DNA of 64,000 nucleotides from Haplodiscus bocki (Eukaryota): NCBI GenBank assembly GCA_965655095.1, contig OZ296651.1, positions 108,314,001 to 108,378,000 of the forward strand, read 5' to 3'. Shown piece by piece: positions 1 to 10,250 of this stretch (position 1 is its first letter; each line of letters starts with the position of its first letter). The notes under the pieces were generated by a model. It saw only the letters and a program-made list of their open reading frames with translations, ran no database searches and was not told where the DNA came from. The position numbers and the translations under genes were made by a program.

Positions 1-150
1 GCTCGTCGCTTTGCTCCTTACCCGACTTCGTCACTGATATTATCCGACAATATACCCGCTCGCTCGTTCGCTCTTGCTCACTCACCGGCTTCCTTCCAGT
101 CAGCCTCTCGCTTATATTATTGCTCGGCTACGCCTCGCCTTTTCGAAGCT
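1..150 (+). repeat. Left terminal inverted repeat of element A (outermost ~16 bp lie upstream of the window)
   Basis: ccggcttccttccagtcagcctctcgcttatattattgctcggctacgcctcgcctttt is nearly the reverse complement of aaaaggcgaggcgtagtcgagcaataataaaagcgagaggctgactggaaggaagccgg at ~15858-15917. Confidence 0.9.
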
Positions 151-534
151 CGTACACTTTCACATTCACAATTATGTCATCATATTCTGTTATGTACATT
201 TATTCTACTATCTCTCTTTCTATTTCGCCTCCGTATAGCCTAGTGGTATTTGTTACATTGACTAAAGTTAGGGCTGTGCTTGCATAGTCGTCGTCTTTGT
301 GGTTCACGACTAACCATTGTCCCACAGTCTATGTAACATCACGCGCAAAAGCTATATGGAGGAACTGTCTACGTCTCGAAGCTTGAAAAAGTAGAATTGA
401 TCGACGGGGATAGCCACCAGGAATGCTCACTCGGTAAACAGCTGAAAAGCTAGACACGAAAGTTGGCCAGTGGATATTTTTGTCTAAAGCGAAAAACACG
501 ATTTTTGAGAAATATACACACTATGTCGCCATCC

Positions 535-950
535 TTAAACATGTAGAGATTATAAAATTTTAAGCTTGAACAAAGTGTGATATATCTTTCGATAGCCCGG
601 TAAAAGTTTAGTGTACGCTGAAAATTTCAACTTTATCTATTACCATCTTCGAGAAAATTGATAGTTAACACTTTGCTTAAACATGTAGAGATTATAAAAT
701 TTCAAGCTAGCTTGACGCGTGATACACCATCCGATAGTCCGGTAAAAGTCTAGTATACACTGAAAATTTCAACTTTTTATCTATTACCACCTTCGAGAAA
801 ATTGATCCTTAGCACTTTGCTTAAACATTTAGAGATTATAAAATTTTAAGCTACAGCATTGTGTGATATATCATTGAATAGCTTGTTGAAATATAAGAGT
901 ACCCTGAAAATTCCAGCCTTGTATCTTTCAAAATCTTCGAGAAAATTCAC
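535..950. repeat. Left subterminal tandem repeat, three units of ~143 bp
   Basis: cttaaacatgtagagattataaaattt...cttcgagaaaatt recurs from ~535, ~677 and ~821. Confidence 0.88.
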
Positions 951-954
951 AAAA

Positions 955-1106
955 TTATGTTAAATTAAAAGATTTCTTTCTATTTGATAATATTTTTTCA
1001 TGATATCTCACATTTCTTTGTCCTCGTAATACATATTTTTTTAGATTTGTCGTTATTTTTAACATGTCTGGTTTTTTCAAAGGTTTCTTTTACTTTTAAA
1101 ACAATT
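955..1106 (-). pseudogene. Left copy of the basic micropeptide gene (ATG mutated to ATT, one frameshift)
   Basis: Reverse strand reads VLKVKETFEKTRHVKNNDKSKK/YVLRGQRNVRYHEKILSNRKKSFNLT*, homologous to 14523-14660. Confidence 0.75.
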
Positions 1107-1125
1107 TATATGTTAATAAATCTGC

Positions 1126-1475
1126 TTAAGTGATTATTTTTGATCAACATCATCAATCAAAATTGGTCTAATAGATTGTTGTTCATCTTTAATCAATTTC
1201 TCAAATGGAAGCATATATAATATATTCTCTCTTAGATCATGAATATTTTCAATACTTTTTTCAATTTCAACATCATGAATTTTTTAAATTATATCATCGA
1301 TTATAGATAAACTTACAAGAAATCTAGTATGAGGAATTGTTTATAAAAACTGTTGATTATGCATTTTCGTACTTGATTTAGTTCTTCTGTTTTTCCCTTC
1401 TGTTTTTCCTACATTTTTATAATCATAAAATACTGCAGCATTACAAAAATTTAATATATCTTTCATTGTCTCCAT
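1126..1475 (-). pseudogene. Hypothetical Polinton protein with internal stops
   Basis: TAAATG start at 1475. Reads METMKDILNFCNAAVFYDYK... with two in-frame stops; the probable end ...DVDQK(I)IT* needs a 1-nt correction. Confidence 0.5.
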
Positions 1476-1489
1476 TTATTAGAATAAAT

Positions 1490-2013
1490 CTAATCATAAT
1501 TTGAGTGAATTTCATTTATTTTTATTTCTTCACGATTTATAATATCATCATAATCAATATCAAACAACTTATCAATATCATCTACATCAGTATTTTATCT
1601 CTGTACAAATCTAAAATAAGGTGTTAAGTAATATATATATTCCCTTCCTGTTGCAATACTACATGGTGTGAGGTTATTACCCATATTCGAGATGTATTTA
1701 AAAAATTTACATTAGTTAGATATGTACAAATCATATCACCTCCGATAAACACATACCTATGTTTATTATTTTCTTCACCTATTTTAAGTAAAATAGTATT
1801 TCCTTCAAATACTTCTTTATTTTTTGCTCCCGAAAATTCAGTCATATCACATAGTTGACTTTTGCCTAAAAATATTTTCAAAGGACTAACTTTGTATATA
1901 ATATTTTTATCTTCAGAAACATCTTCCAATTTCTGTACTCGAACCCATCCTTTATTTTGAAAAGTTACTCCATCACATTTACAATTATTTTCTGTTACAT
2001 ATATAATTGTCAT
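1490..2013 (-). pseudogene. Hypothetical protein resembling an uncharacterised NCLDV family; frameshifted at ~1700
   Basis: GNTILL...YVFIGG followed after the shift by YISNMGNNLTPCSIATG..YIYY. Confidence 0.55.
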
Positions 2014-2028
2014 TTATATAGAAAAAAA

Positions 2029-2274
2029 TTATAAAGGTTTTTTAGTTTCTAAGTATTCTATTCTACTAATTTTCATTTTTAATTCTATATCTAAATCTGT
2101 TATTGTTGTACCCATTATATTTATCAATTCTGTAAGAATAACATTCCGTATCAAAGTGTCATATCCTATTTTTGATTGATAATTATAAGGTAATCTCATA
2201 TATCTATCTAGCATATCATTTATTTTGTTTCGTACTTTGGAATCTTTTCTAATTACAATTATAGAAGCTTCCAT
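2029..2274 (-). CDS. Hypothetical protein (81 aa)
   Basis: Intact ATG ORF tightly packed with neighbouring genes. Confidence 0.5.
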   Translation of the reverse strand: MEASIIVIRKDSKVRNKINDMLDRYMRLPYNYQSKIGYDTLIRNVILTELINIMGTTITDLDIELKMKISRIEYLETKKPL

Positions 2275-2350
2275 TTTATTAATGGTAATTTGTTTCAGAT
2301 AATCTCATCTAATAAATGATATAAAGGATTAATTGTTTTCATTAAAGTAA

Positions 2351-2593
2351 ATGTATATAGCAGATGTTACAGATTATGATAATATGATTGATGATTATAA
2401 CGATAGTTTATCAATAAACAATAATTGTACAAACAATGAAAATAATTTTGATATAATTATACCAGCAGTATTGTTTACAATACCTTGTGGTCTATCATTT
2501 TTATGTTTAATATCCCTCATGGTATATACTTTAATCAAACCTTTATTAAGCAAAAAAATGAAACATTTTAAATATTCTTGCTTATATAAATGA
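2351..2593 (+). CDS. Small membrane protein (80 aa)
   Basis: TAAATG start; acidic Asn-rich N-terminus with N-x-S/T sequons, hydrophobic IIIPAVLFTIPCGLSFLCLISLMVYTLI segment, basic tail. Confidence 0.55.
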   Translation: MYIADVTDYDNMIDDYNDSLSINNNCTNNENNFDIIIPAVLFTIPCGLSFLCLISLMVYTLIKPLLSKKMKHFKYSCLYK

Positions 2594-3230
2594 ATATGGA
2601 TAAATATCTATACCCAACTCATCCAGTTCGTTCTATTATAACTGCACCAAGCAATGTAGGCAAATCAATATTTCTAACAATTTTAATTTTAAATATCATA
2701 TACGAATATGAAAAAACATATATCTACTCACCTAGTCTTCATCAAGATTTATATCAAAAATTAATTAAATGTTTTAGTAATTATATACCAATTCACATAA
2801 TCCCAAACTTTTCAAACGAAGAAAATCTAGACGTAGTAATTGAAGAGGTAATTAATGAGAAAGACTTTGAAAAATCTAATACCGAGATAGAGACATATGA
2901 ATCGATAGAAGAATTGAAATTTCGTCAAGAATATGATGATGGTGGGATTATTATACTAGATGATCTCAATGAAAAAGAAATGAATGGTGCTAGAGTACAA
3001 GCGATGTTTAAGAGATCAAGACACAATAATTTGTCTTTTTTTTAAACTCCCAAGATTACTACGAATTACCGAAAAGAACGATAAGAGCCAATGGTAATAT
3101 ACATCATATATTCAAACCAAACAATTTCAGAGATGTTCAAAATCTCTATCAAGACAAAGCTTCGATGGACACGACATTAAACGAATTCAAATACTTAACT
3201 AGCACTTGTTGGAATGAACAATATAAACCA
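2590..3230 (+). pseudogene. A32/FtsK-HerA-like genome-packaging ATPase, frameshifted at ~3040 and C-terminally truncated
   Basis: Walker A ITAPSNVGKS, Walker B IIILDD, RSRH arginine motif, then after the shift QDYYELPKRTIRAN. Confidence 0.9.
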
Positions 3231-3842
3231 AGTCTTGTCCCCTCTGCAGAACAGCAACGAGTGTTTAATGAAGCAATCTGAGAAAATTTTATATTATCCT
3301 TTGATGCTTGGGTGACTGATAGAAAACCAGTTAATACAGGTAATGAGTATCAATTAGATATAGGATCTGCGTCTAATATTAACATTGCTTTATATCTAAT
3401 AGTCGCTCATCAAAAGACTCAGTGATATAATCCAACGAGACCTCCTAATCAGTTTAATAACGCAGTTTTTGATAATGTTGAAGTGAAAAGATGTTTTGTA
3501 GAAATCGATGGTGTCAGATATCCTAAAGACCCTGTTGGAACCAATTTCTCAGACAACAAATATTTAGATCAATATAGAGATCTTAAATTATTTTATAAAG
3601 AATACAATGGAGAATCATTACTACACCCGTTTATAAGTTATCTAGTTATGAAGACTTTTTATCCTATCCAAGTGATTGATTTGAGGTTTCAAATTGATTA
3701 TATTACACCAAAGAAAATTAGACTGTTTCAAGAATATGAAAATGCTCCTGAAAACACTAATTTATTTGTGATATTGATAAAACACAGAGAAATTAATATG
3801 GTTTCTGACGGAAATAAAATTACCGGGATTCAACTTATTTAA
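3231..3842 (+). pseudogene. C-terminal half of a double jelly-roll major capsid protein (two internal stops)
   Basis: PLV/Polinton capsid-like motifs NAVFDN, VEIDGVRYP, QYRDLKLFY and YPIQVIDLRFQ; the frame is continuous from 3231 apart from stops. Confidence 0.75.
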
Positions 3843-3903
3843 ATGAATATCACAAATATTCATATATGAAAATTGTTATAATTATAATTATTAATGTATA
3901 AAT

Positions 3904-4310
3904 ATGAAAGTTTTCAATTTTAAAGATTTTATGAAAAAATATAATCTGAAAAATGATACTATGAATGAATCTTAATTACAGAAAATTTTTAATTATCCTA
4001 TATACCCTAGAGATAGTAAAATATATTCTGATAAAAGATTTGTAAATATAGACAATGGTATTATGGGTGGATCTCATTGGACTTGTTTTATAGTAAAAGA
4101 AAACAAATCATAATATTTTGATAGTTTCAGTGGTCAACCAGATAAATTTCTACTTAAACAATTACCTAAACCAATAATATATCATAAATATAAAATTCAA
4201 GATATAAATTCAAAATTATGTGGTTCTTATTGTTTATATTTTTTTCTTTTTAATTGAAAGAATCAATTATTACGATACTATATTAATAATGTATTTTGAA
4301 AAATTGTAAA
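3904..4310 (+). pseudogene. Adenain-like (C5-type) cysteine maturation protease, not in the ORF track because of stops and a frameshift
   Basis: FVNIDNGIMGGSHWTCF...YFDSF...IQDINSKLCGSYCLYF gives the His-Asp-Gln-Cys catalytic order. Confidence 0.88.
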
Positions 4311-4347
4311 TATAACATCGACTTGAGTTAATTTCACATTTTTAAAT

Positions 4348-5867
4348 ATGCCTATCAACGTATTTGGTAACAGCAACTCAAATAATAATGGTAATAAAAT
4401 TAATACAAATTTGTTTGTACAAAAACCATATCTGAGAACTAAATATATAGAAGCTAATATTGAAGAAGACATTAATTTTAAAAATCAATATAAAATTAAA
4501 AATTTGCCTGATCCAACAAATTTACAGGATGCATGTAGTAAAAATTATGTTGATAATTTATTCAACGATCCTAGTATTTTAAAAAACACCGAGCATATAG
4601 ATCTGGATGATAGAAATATGACCAATGCTAGATTTATCCAAGTAAATCAACTACCTCGGGTTGATAGTCATTTAATGGCTAAATTATATGTTGATAGTGC
4701 TATTTCTCAATCAAGTTTGTTGAGATTAGATCCTGATGAAACATTAGATCTAGATAATCAAGATTCTATAATTCTTAAAAGTACTTTAACATTACCAAAG
4801 ACAGTAATTCAGATACCAACAATAGCTTTTATGGATAGCTTACATGAAGAAAATGAACGATCACGACGAGATCTAGGACTAGATTTTTATGATGAATCAA
4901 GCGATTTAGTAAAAAATAATCAGACAAATGATTTCAACGGTAATAATATTTTAAACGTGAGAAGTATACAGATAAATGACGATCCTAGTAATGATGACCA
5001 CGCCGTTAATATAAAATATATCGAAGATGAATTTATAACCAAAACAGATTCGAATATAGTAAAAAAATTAATCAAAACAATGATTTCAATAATAACAATA
5101 TCACTAATGTAAAAAGTCTTCAGATAAGTGATGTTCCTAGTAATGACGACCACGCCGTTAATAAAAAATACGTTGATGATGGATTAGATGTTTCTACAAT
5201 AGTTAGATTAAATGATGATTCAAATGATAGATATTTACAAGTTCATATCCAAAATATACCTTACAATCTTCAGATATATAATAAAACACAGATAATAGAT
5301 ACTACAAAAATGATATTTCCTAATAGTGGTATTGAACTCTTACAAAATTGGAAAATTCATTGTAATAATAGGAATAATGAGGGTAGTTCATTTGATTTTA
5401 TTAAATCTACAAAAACAAATTCACCAACAGGACAAAGCGGGCGGACTAGTTTGCCTCCAATTGGTAACGCTTATATGTACGTAGAAACTAGTGGAAATAA
5501 TAATGATAGTTCTAATGATAATGTCTTTGTTTCATTTGAAAGGACTTATATCATACATATTAGTAATATAACATTTTATCATAATAGGTTTTCAACATCA
5601 ATTGCTGACAAGCGAAACATGGGCAAACTTGAAATTCAATTATTAGGTAATGGAGTATGGGAAACAGAATTCAATATAGAGAAAGATACTAATTTTAGTA
5701 CATTATCAACAGACTGGACATTATTAAACATGGATATAATATCTCAACCAAATTATGGTATAAAATTAGTTTATTCTGGTATAAATACCGCTCATGCTGA
5801 TATGGGTTTCAGTGATATTTCTATAACTCATACGATTTTTTCGATACTCGTATACACACTCATATAA
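4348..5867 (+). pseudogene. Fibre/spike-like virion protein with DAxNKxYVD-type shaft repeats and a MAM-like C-terminal domain; frameshift at ~5065
   Basis: Repeats IKNLPDPTNLQDACSKNYVD, SHLMAKLYVD, DHAVNIKYIE and DHAVNKKYVD; head motifs GNAYMYVETSG, TFYH, MGKLEIQL and ADMGFSDISI. Confidence 0.7.
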
Positions 5868-5878
5868 CTGTATATTAA

Positions 5879-6121
5879 ATGAATCATGAAAGTTATTTTA
5901 AAGGTTTATTCGAATCAATACCTAATTATGGGAAGATTGTATTATTAATATTTTTAATTCAAAATGATAAAAATCTATTAAAAGAAATAGGATTTAGTAA
6001 AAATGATATTAATCTATTAAATTTAGAGTTTAAAAAAATTTTATTAGAAGGACATGAAGAATACTTGTCGTATATAAAAAACGAAGAAGAATCTATTATC
6101 GAAAGAATTTTAAATAAGTAA
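5879..6121 (+). CDS. Small hypothetical protein, paralogue of the next ORF
   Basis: Intact with TAAATG start; ESYFKGLFE...LLKEIGFS resembles the next ORF. Confidence 0.6.
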   Translation: MNHESYFKGLFESIPNYGKIVLLIFLIQNDKNLLKEIGFSKNDINLLNLEFKKILLEGHEEYLSYIKNEEESIIERILNK

Positions 6122-6340
6122 ATGGAAGCTTACTTCAATAGTATATTTGAAGATGTTAGACATGAACGAAGCCTAATATTATTGTTAAGTCTAGTTGAAC
6201 CTACTATACTAAAACAGTCCAAATTTACAGATTATGAAATTGAGATTATTAAAAATCTTGCTCTAGAAAAATTACATAGACAAAGAATATTAAAAGAACA
6301 TATTGCTTTGGATTTATTAGAAAAACAATTTTTTGACTAA
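6122..6340 (+). CDS. Small hypothetical protein
   Basis: Starts immediately after the previous TAA; EAYFNSIFE...ILKQSKFT. Confidence 0.6.
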   Translation: MEAYFNSIFEDVRHERSLILLLSLVEPTILKQSKFTDYEIEIIKNLALEKLHRQRILKEHIALDLLEKQFFD

Positions 6341-6343
6341 AAG

Positions 6344-6960
6344 ATGAGTACATATCCACAATTACATAATGATCCAGAATTATTGAAGATTAAAACTAAG
6401 GATGATGAAATTGAAGGTTCAAAATATAAAACCGAAAAACACGATAATGAAAATATTTTAAAGTCACTTAAAATTGATAATGAACATTATAAGAAAAAAT
6501 ATAAATCCTTAAATAAAAAGAAAATATTGTTAATTATCACTGAGATTTTGATTGGATCAGGATCTGCAATTGGTAGTTCAGACAATGATTTTAATTAATC
6601 CTGGTGCAGGCAATATTATTTCATCTAGTACGGCTCTATTAACATCTATTGCTCTATTAATCACAAACGAATACATCCCAAAATTAAAAATACGTTATAC
6701 AAAACTTCGAGACTGGATTAATGTTATTACTTTGCTATATGAGAAGACATTGAAGGAATCTATGATTGACAAAAAAAATCGATCAGAAGGAAGCCGAACA
6801 ATTAAAACAAATTTATAATCATTATATTGATAAAAAGTCTGAAATAATGAAAAATACTAGTTTCAAAGTAGAAGGTATTTTTGGTGATGTAATAAGTAAA
6901 GATTCCATTTCAACAGAACGAATAACTAAACTTAATTATTTTTTAGCCAAAATAATGTAG
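6344..6960 (+). pseudogene. Two-TM membrane protein with coiled-coil flanks (two frameshifts join three ORF-track pieces)
   Basis: Reconstructed ...KKILLIITEILIGSGSAIGSSTMILINPGAGNIISSSTALLTSIALLIT...SMIDKKIDQKE; a decayed homologue lies at ~51310-51830. Confidence 0.65.
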
Positions 6961-7060
6961 GTATTAATTTTTCATTAAAGATAAATTCATTTCAACCTAG
7001 AAAAGAACAAATAAAAATTTCGCGCCCTCTGCTCCTCCTATGAATAATTTTAGTATATGA

Positions 7061-7216
7061 ATGACAAAGGCATATTGCCTTGGAGGTCGTCATTATAGTA
7101 ATACTAATAATATAACTCAATGTGAAAAAAACCCAAAGACTAAAAAACTCGTTAAAATTATCAAAGGAACTTGTAGTGTTTGTGGTCGTAATAAATCACA
7201 AATTTTTAGTAAGTAA
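7061..7216 (+). CDS. Small Zn-ribbon protein (DUF5679-like), 51 aa, below the ORF-track cutoff
   Basis: MTKAYCLGGRHYS...IIKGTCSVCGRNKSQIFSK*; its stop abuts the next ATG. Confidence 0.65.
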   Translation: MTKAYCLGGRHYSNTNNITQCEKNPKTKKLVKIIKGTCSVCGRNKSQIFSK

Positions 7217-7648
7217 ATGACTAGAGCAGAAAGTTTTATGAAAAGAGGAAAATGGAAAAATATTCATTGTTCGGCTATGTCAAATTCTGCATGGACTGAT
7301 TTAAATAGTCAAGGTAATATACTCAAATTACACGACAAATGTCCCAATCCTAAATGTGGATGCCAGAAGATAATTACTTTCACACCACATCAATACATGC
7401 TCGAAGGTGGATCGATTAAAAGCAAACTTCAAAAAATTTTCAGAGGAACAAAAAAAGCTTGGGATAGTTTTATTAAGCCAGGTTTGAAAATGGCTACACC
7501 ACTGATATCAGCCGCCGTAGCTGCGAAAACCAAAAACCCTCAATCAGCTCAAATAACGAATAATATATTAAAATCATTAACAGGTGGTAAGATATTGAGC
7601 TTAACCGACATGCACTCAGGAGCCGGTCTTAGATTACGAGTTATGTAA
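7217..7648 (+). CDS. Putative virion core/membrane-active precursor with adenain-type cleavage sites
   Basis: Intact; LEGG|S and LTGG|K match (M/L/I)xGG|x and flank a basic amphipathic segment. Confidence 0.6.
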   Translation: MTRAESFMKRGKWKNIHCSAMSNSAWTDLNSQGNILKLHDKCPNPKCGCQKIITFTPHQYMLEGGSIKSKLQKIFRGTKKAWDSFIKPGLKMATPLISAAVAAKTKNPQSAQITNNILKSLTGGKILSLTDMHSGAGLRLRVM

Positions 7649-7707
7649 ACCATTTCAAATAATGTTTATTAAGTAATCGAGTAGTTGTATTAAAGATTTA
7701 TACGAAT

Positions 7708-8350
7708 ATGCTTTGGTTAAAAAATGTAGCAAGTGTGGAATTATATCATTGAAGAGTAATTTCCGTAAAAAATCGAGATCTGTGGATGGATTAAACTCTG
7801 TATGCAAAGGTTGTATGAAAGATTATTACTTGAAGAATAATAATAAAATTATACTGAGAACAAAGGAATGGAATAGAAATAGTCCTGAAAAAGTGAAACA
7901 AAATCAGAAAAAATATAATGAACAAAACAAAGAAAAGAGAAACATATATCTTAAAAACAAACGAGAAACAGATGTTAATTTTCGAGTAATTAGTAATACA
8001 AGAAATAGAATTTATAAATCTTTAAAAGGTATGACAAAACAATCATCAACGAAAGAAATTTTAGGTATAGACATTGATCTTTATCGAAAGTGGATTGAGG
8101 GGCAGTTTACACCGGAGATGAATTGGAGTAACATAGAAGTTGACCACATAAAGCCCATTTGCATGTTTGATGTTTCTAAAGATGTAGAATTAAAAGAAGA
8201 ATTCTCTTGGAAAAGTACTCAGCCCCTACTCAAACAAGATCATCGGCAAAGGGTCCAAAATTTAATTTTCTAGAATATCAATTACATTTCATTAAAGCTT
8301 ATCAATTTATCAAATTAAATGAAGAAGGACTTAACGACAATATTCATTGA
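7708..8350 (+). pseudogene. HNH-type endonuclease of the kind found in phycodnaviruses/NCLDVs, with an N-terminal Zn finger; frameshifted
   Basis: CSKC...CKGC, QFTPEMNWSNIEVDHIKPICMFD and W..TQPL motifs. Confidence 0.78.
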
Positions 8351-9181
8351 TGAGATATACTCTTCTCCACCTAGAAAAAGTATCCAACCAATAAAATAGT
8401 ATATAATCATATCGATGAAATCTGGAGTATTGATCTCGTTGATATGGTTGACTATAAAATTTCGAATAATAAAGGCTTTCGGTATATATTTGTAATTATT
8501 GACAGTTTCAGTAAATATTTGTTGACAACACCCTTAAAAAATAAATTTAGTAAAACAATAACAGATGAATTTTCAATCATTCTAACTAAATCAAAACGAA
8601 GACCTCTCAAACTGGAAAGCGGTAGAGGAACTGATTTTTATAATAGTATCTTTCAGAACTTCCTAAAAGTTAAAAATATACAACATTATTCACCATTCAC
8701 AGACAGAGGCCCATCGATAGCAGAAAGAGTTAATGGAACTTTACGTAGTTTAATAAAGAAACCAATCTTTCTAGCCGGTAATGCTGGTTGGTTAAATGAA
8801 CTACCATCTGTTATTAAAAAATATAATAATAATATTCACCATTCAACGAAAATGACTCCAATTTAAGCTAGTAAAAAAATCAAATCAAAAATTAGTCTAT
8901 TCCAATCTCAAAGACAATACAGAAGTTCAAAAACCAAAATTTATTTTAGGACAGTCAGTTCGTTTCGCTGATATTAAAAAAGGGTTCTCAAAAGGTGATT
9001 CAACAAATTGGTCATATAAATTATACACAATAACAGAAGTATTTCATGATACCATCCCTAGCTATAGAATAGACTATTTACCTGAGAGATATAATGAAAA
9101 CCTATTATTACCAACAAAATCAACCCTTGATGAAAATAATAAAGTTATGAAAGAGTTAAATTTAATTCAAAAAAATATTAA
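8319..9181 (+). pseudogene. Retroviral-type (rve, DDE) integrase
   Basis: WSIDLVDM, YIFVIIDSFSKY, ESGRG (catalytic D changed to G), AERVNGTL, YNNNIHHST, FSKGDSTNWS; frameshifts and a stop. Confidence 0.93.
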
Positions 9182-9551
9182 ATGGAATTGACCGAAGACC
9201 AAATAATTGAAAAATATGGAAAACGCTGCGGTCATTGCAATCGAAACACTTTACTCCCATGTGAATATGAATATAATTGCGTTTCATGTGGACTCAACGT
9301 AAACAAACGAAAGCATGAACTCCCTAAAAAACAACGAAAGAAAAAATAATTTTATCATTCTAATGAAATATTCAGAACAAAAAATCTTTTCCATATGTAT
9401 AGATGTATATATATTTTATGAAGGTGATGATTATGATAAAATATATGAAGTTTTATCAACATTAAAAAATAAAAAATTAAGAATGAATAATACCTTAATC
9501 GATATATATATATATATAATCAAAGGAAATAATAAGAAAATAAGAAAATAA
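9182..9551 (+). pseudogene. Zn-ribbon hypothetical protein (frameshifted)
   Basis: TAAATG start; CGHC...CVSCG; continues into the frame of the 9315 ORF. Confidence 0.55.
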
Positions 9552-10050
9552 TCAAGAGGTAGTCCCTGTTGAAATTGAATCAGTAGAAAAAAATATTCAA
9601 ATTAATCCAAGAGCCCTTCCAAATAGTAATAAATTTTCTACTCTTATGACAGAAACCTTGGGTGCTTTATTGAATAGTAAAAATTCTTTAAAATTAACAG
9701 CAGATGATTCCGGTAGAGCATCAATCTTAGGAGTTCCTATAAATACATTAGGTGGTGATAGAATACAAATAAATGATAATGTTTTTGATTTAACTCCAGA
9801 AATATACAAAGCACTATCTTATACAGGATATACTGGTAATACTATGAAAAACGAAAATGATATTTTAATGATGAAGAATATTATGAGATTCAGGTTATAC
9901 AGGTGATGGAGATAGAGATTCAAAACGAATAACATTTTTAACAAAAACACTTCCTAAATTAGTTGAGGAAATTCAGAACAGAACTTTTGAAGAAATTACA
10001 CTCGATTCTGATAGTGATTTACAAGGTGAAGGATTAAAAATTATCGATTA
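9540..10050 (+). pseudogene. Truncated conserved Polinton protein ending at an LQGEG protease-type site
   Basis: IQINDNVFDLTPEIYKAL...DSDLQGEGLKII; no proper start and one frameshift. Confidence 0.5.
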
Positions 10051-10052
10051 AT

Positions 10053-10250
10053 ATGTATATAAATATGTTAGAAAACCCTAATTTCGAACGGAATTATTGG
10101 TCAAGAACAGCAACAGGTATTTACAAAATTGGACATGATAGTATTAGATTAATGAAATGGATTTGTTATTACGATCGATCTTATTATGAAAATATAAATT
10201 ATTATGGTTTAATGGGTAGTATTTGTAAACATTTAAATGAAATACCTTAA
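10053..10250 (+). CDS. Small hypothetical protein
   Basis: Intact ORF whose stop overlaps the next ATG (TAATG). Confidence 0.45.
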   Translation: MYINMLENPNFERNYWSRTATGIYKIGHDSIRLMKWICYYDRSYYENINYYGLMGSICKHLNEIP

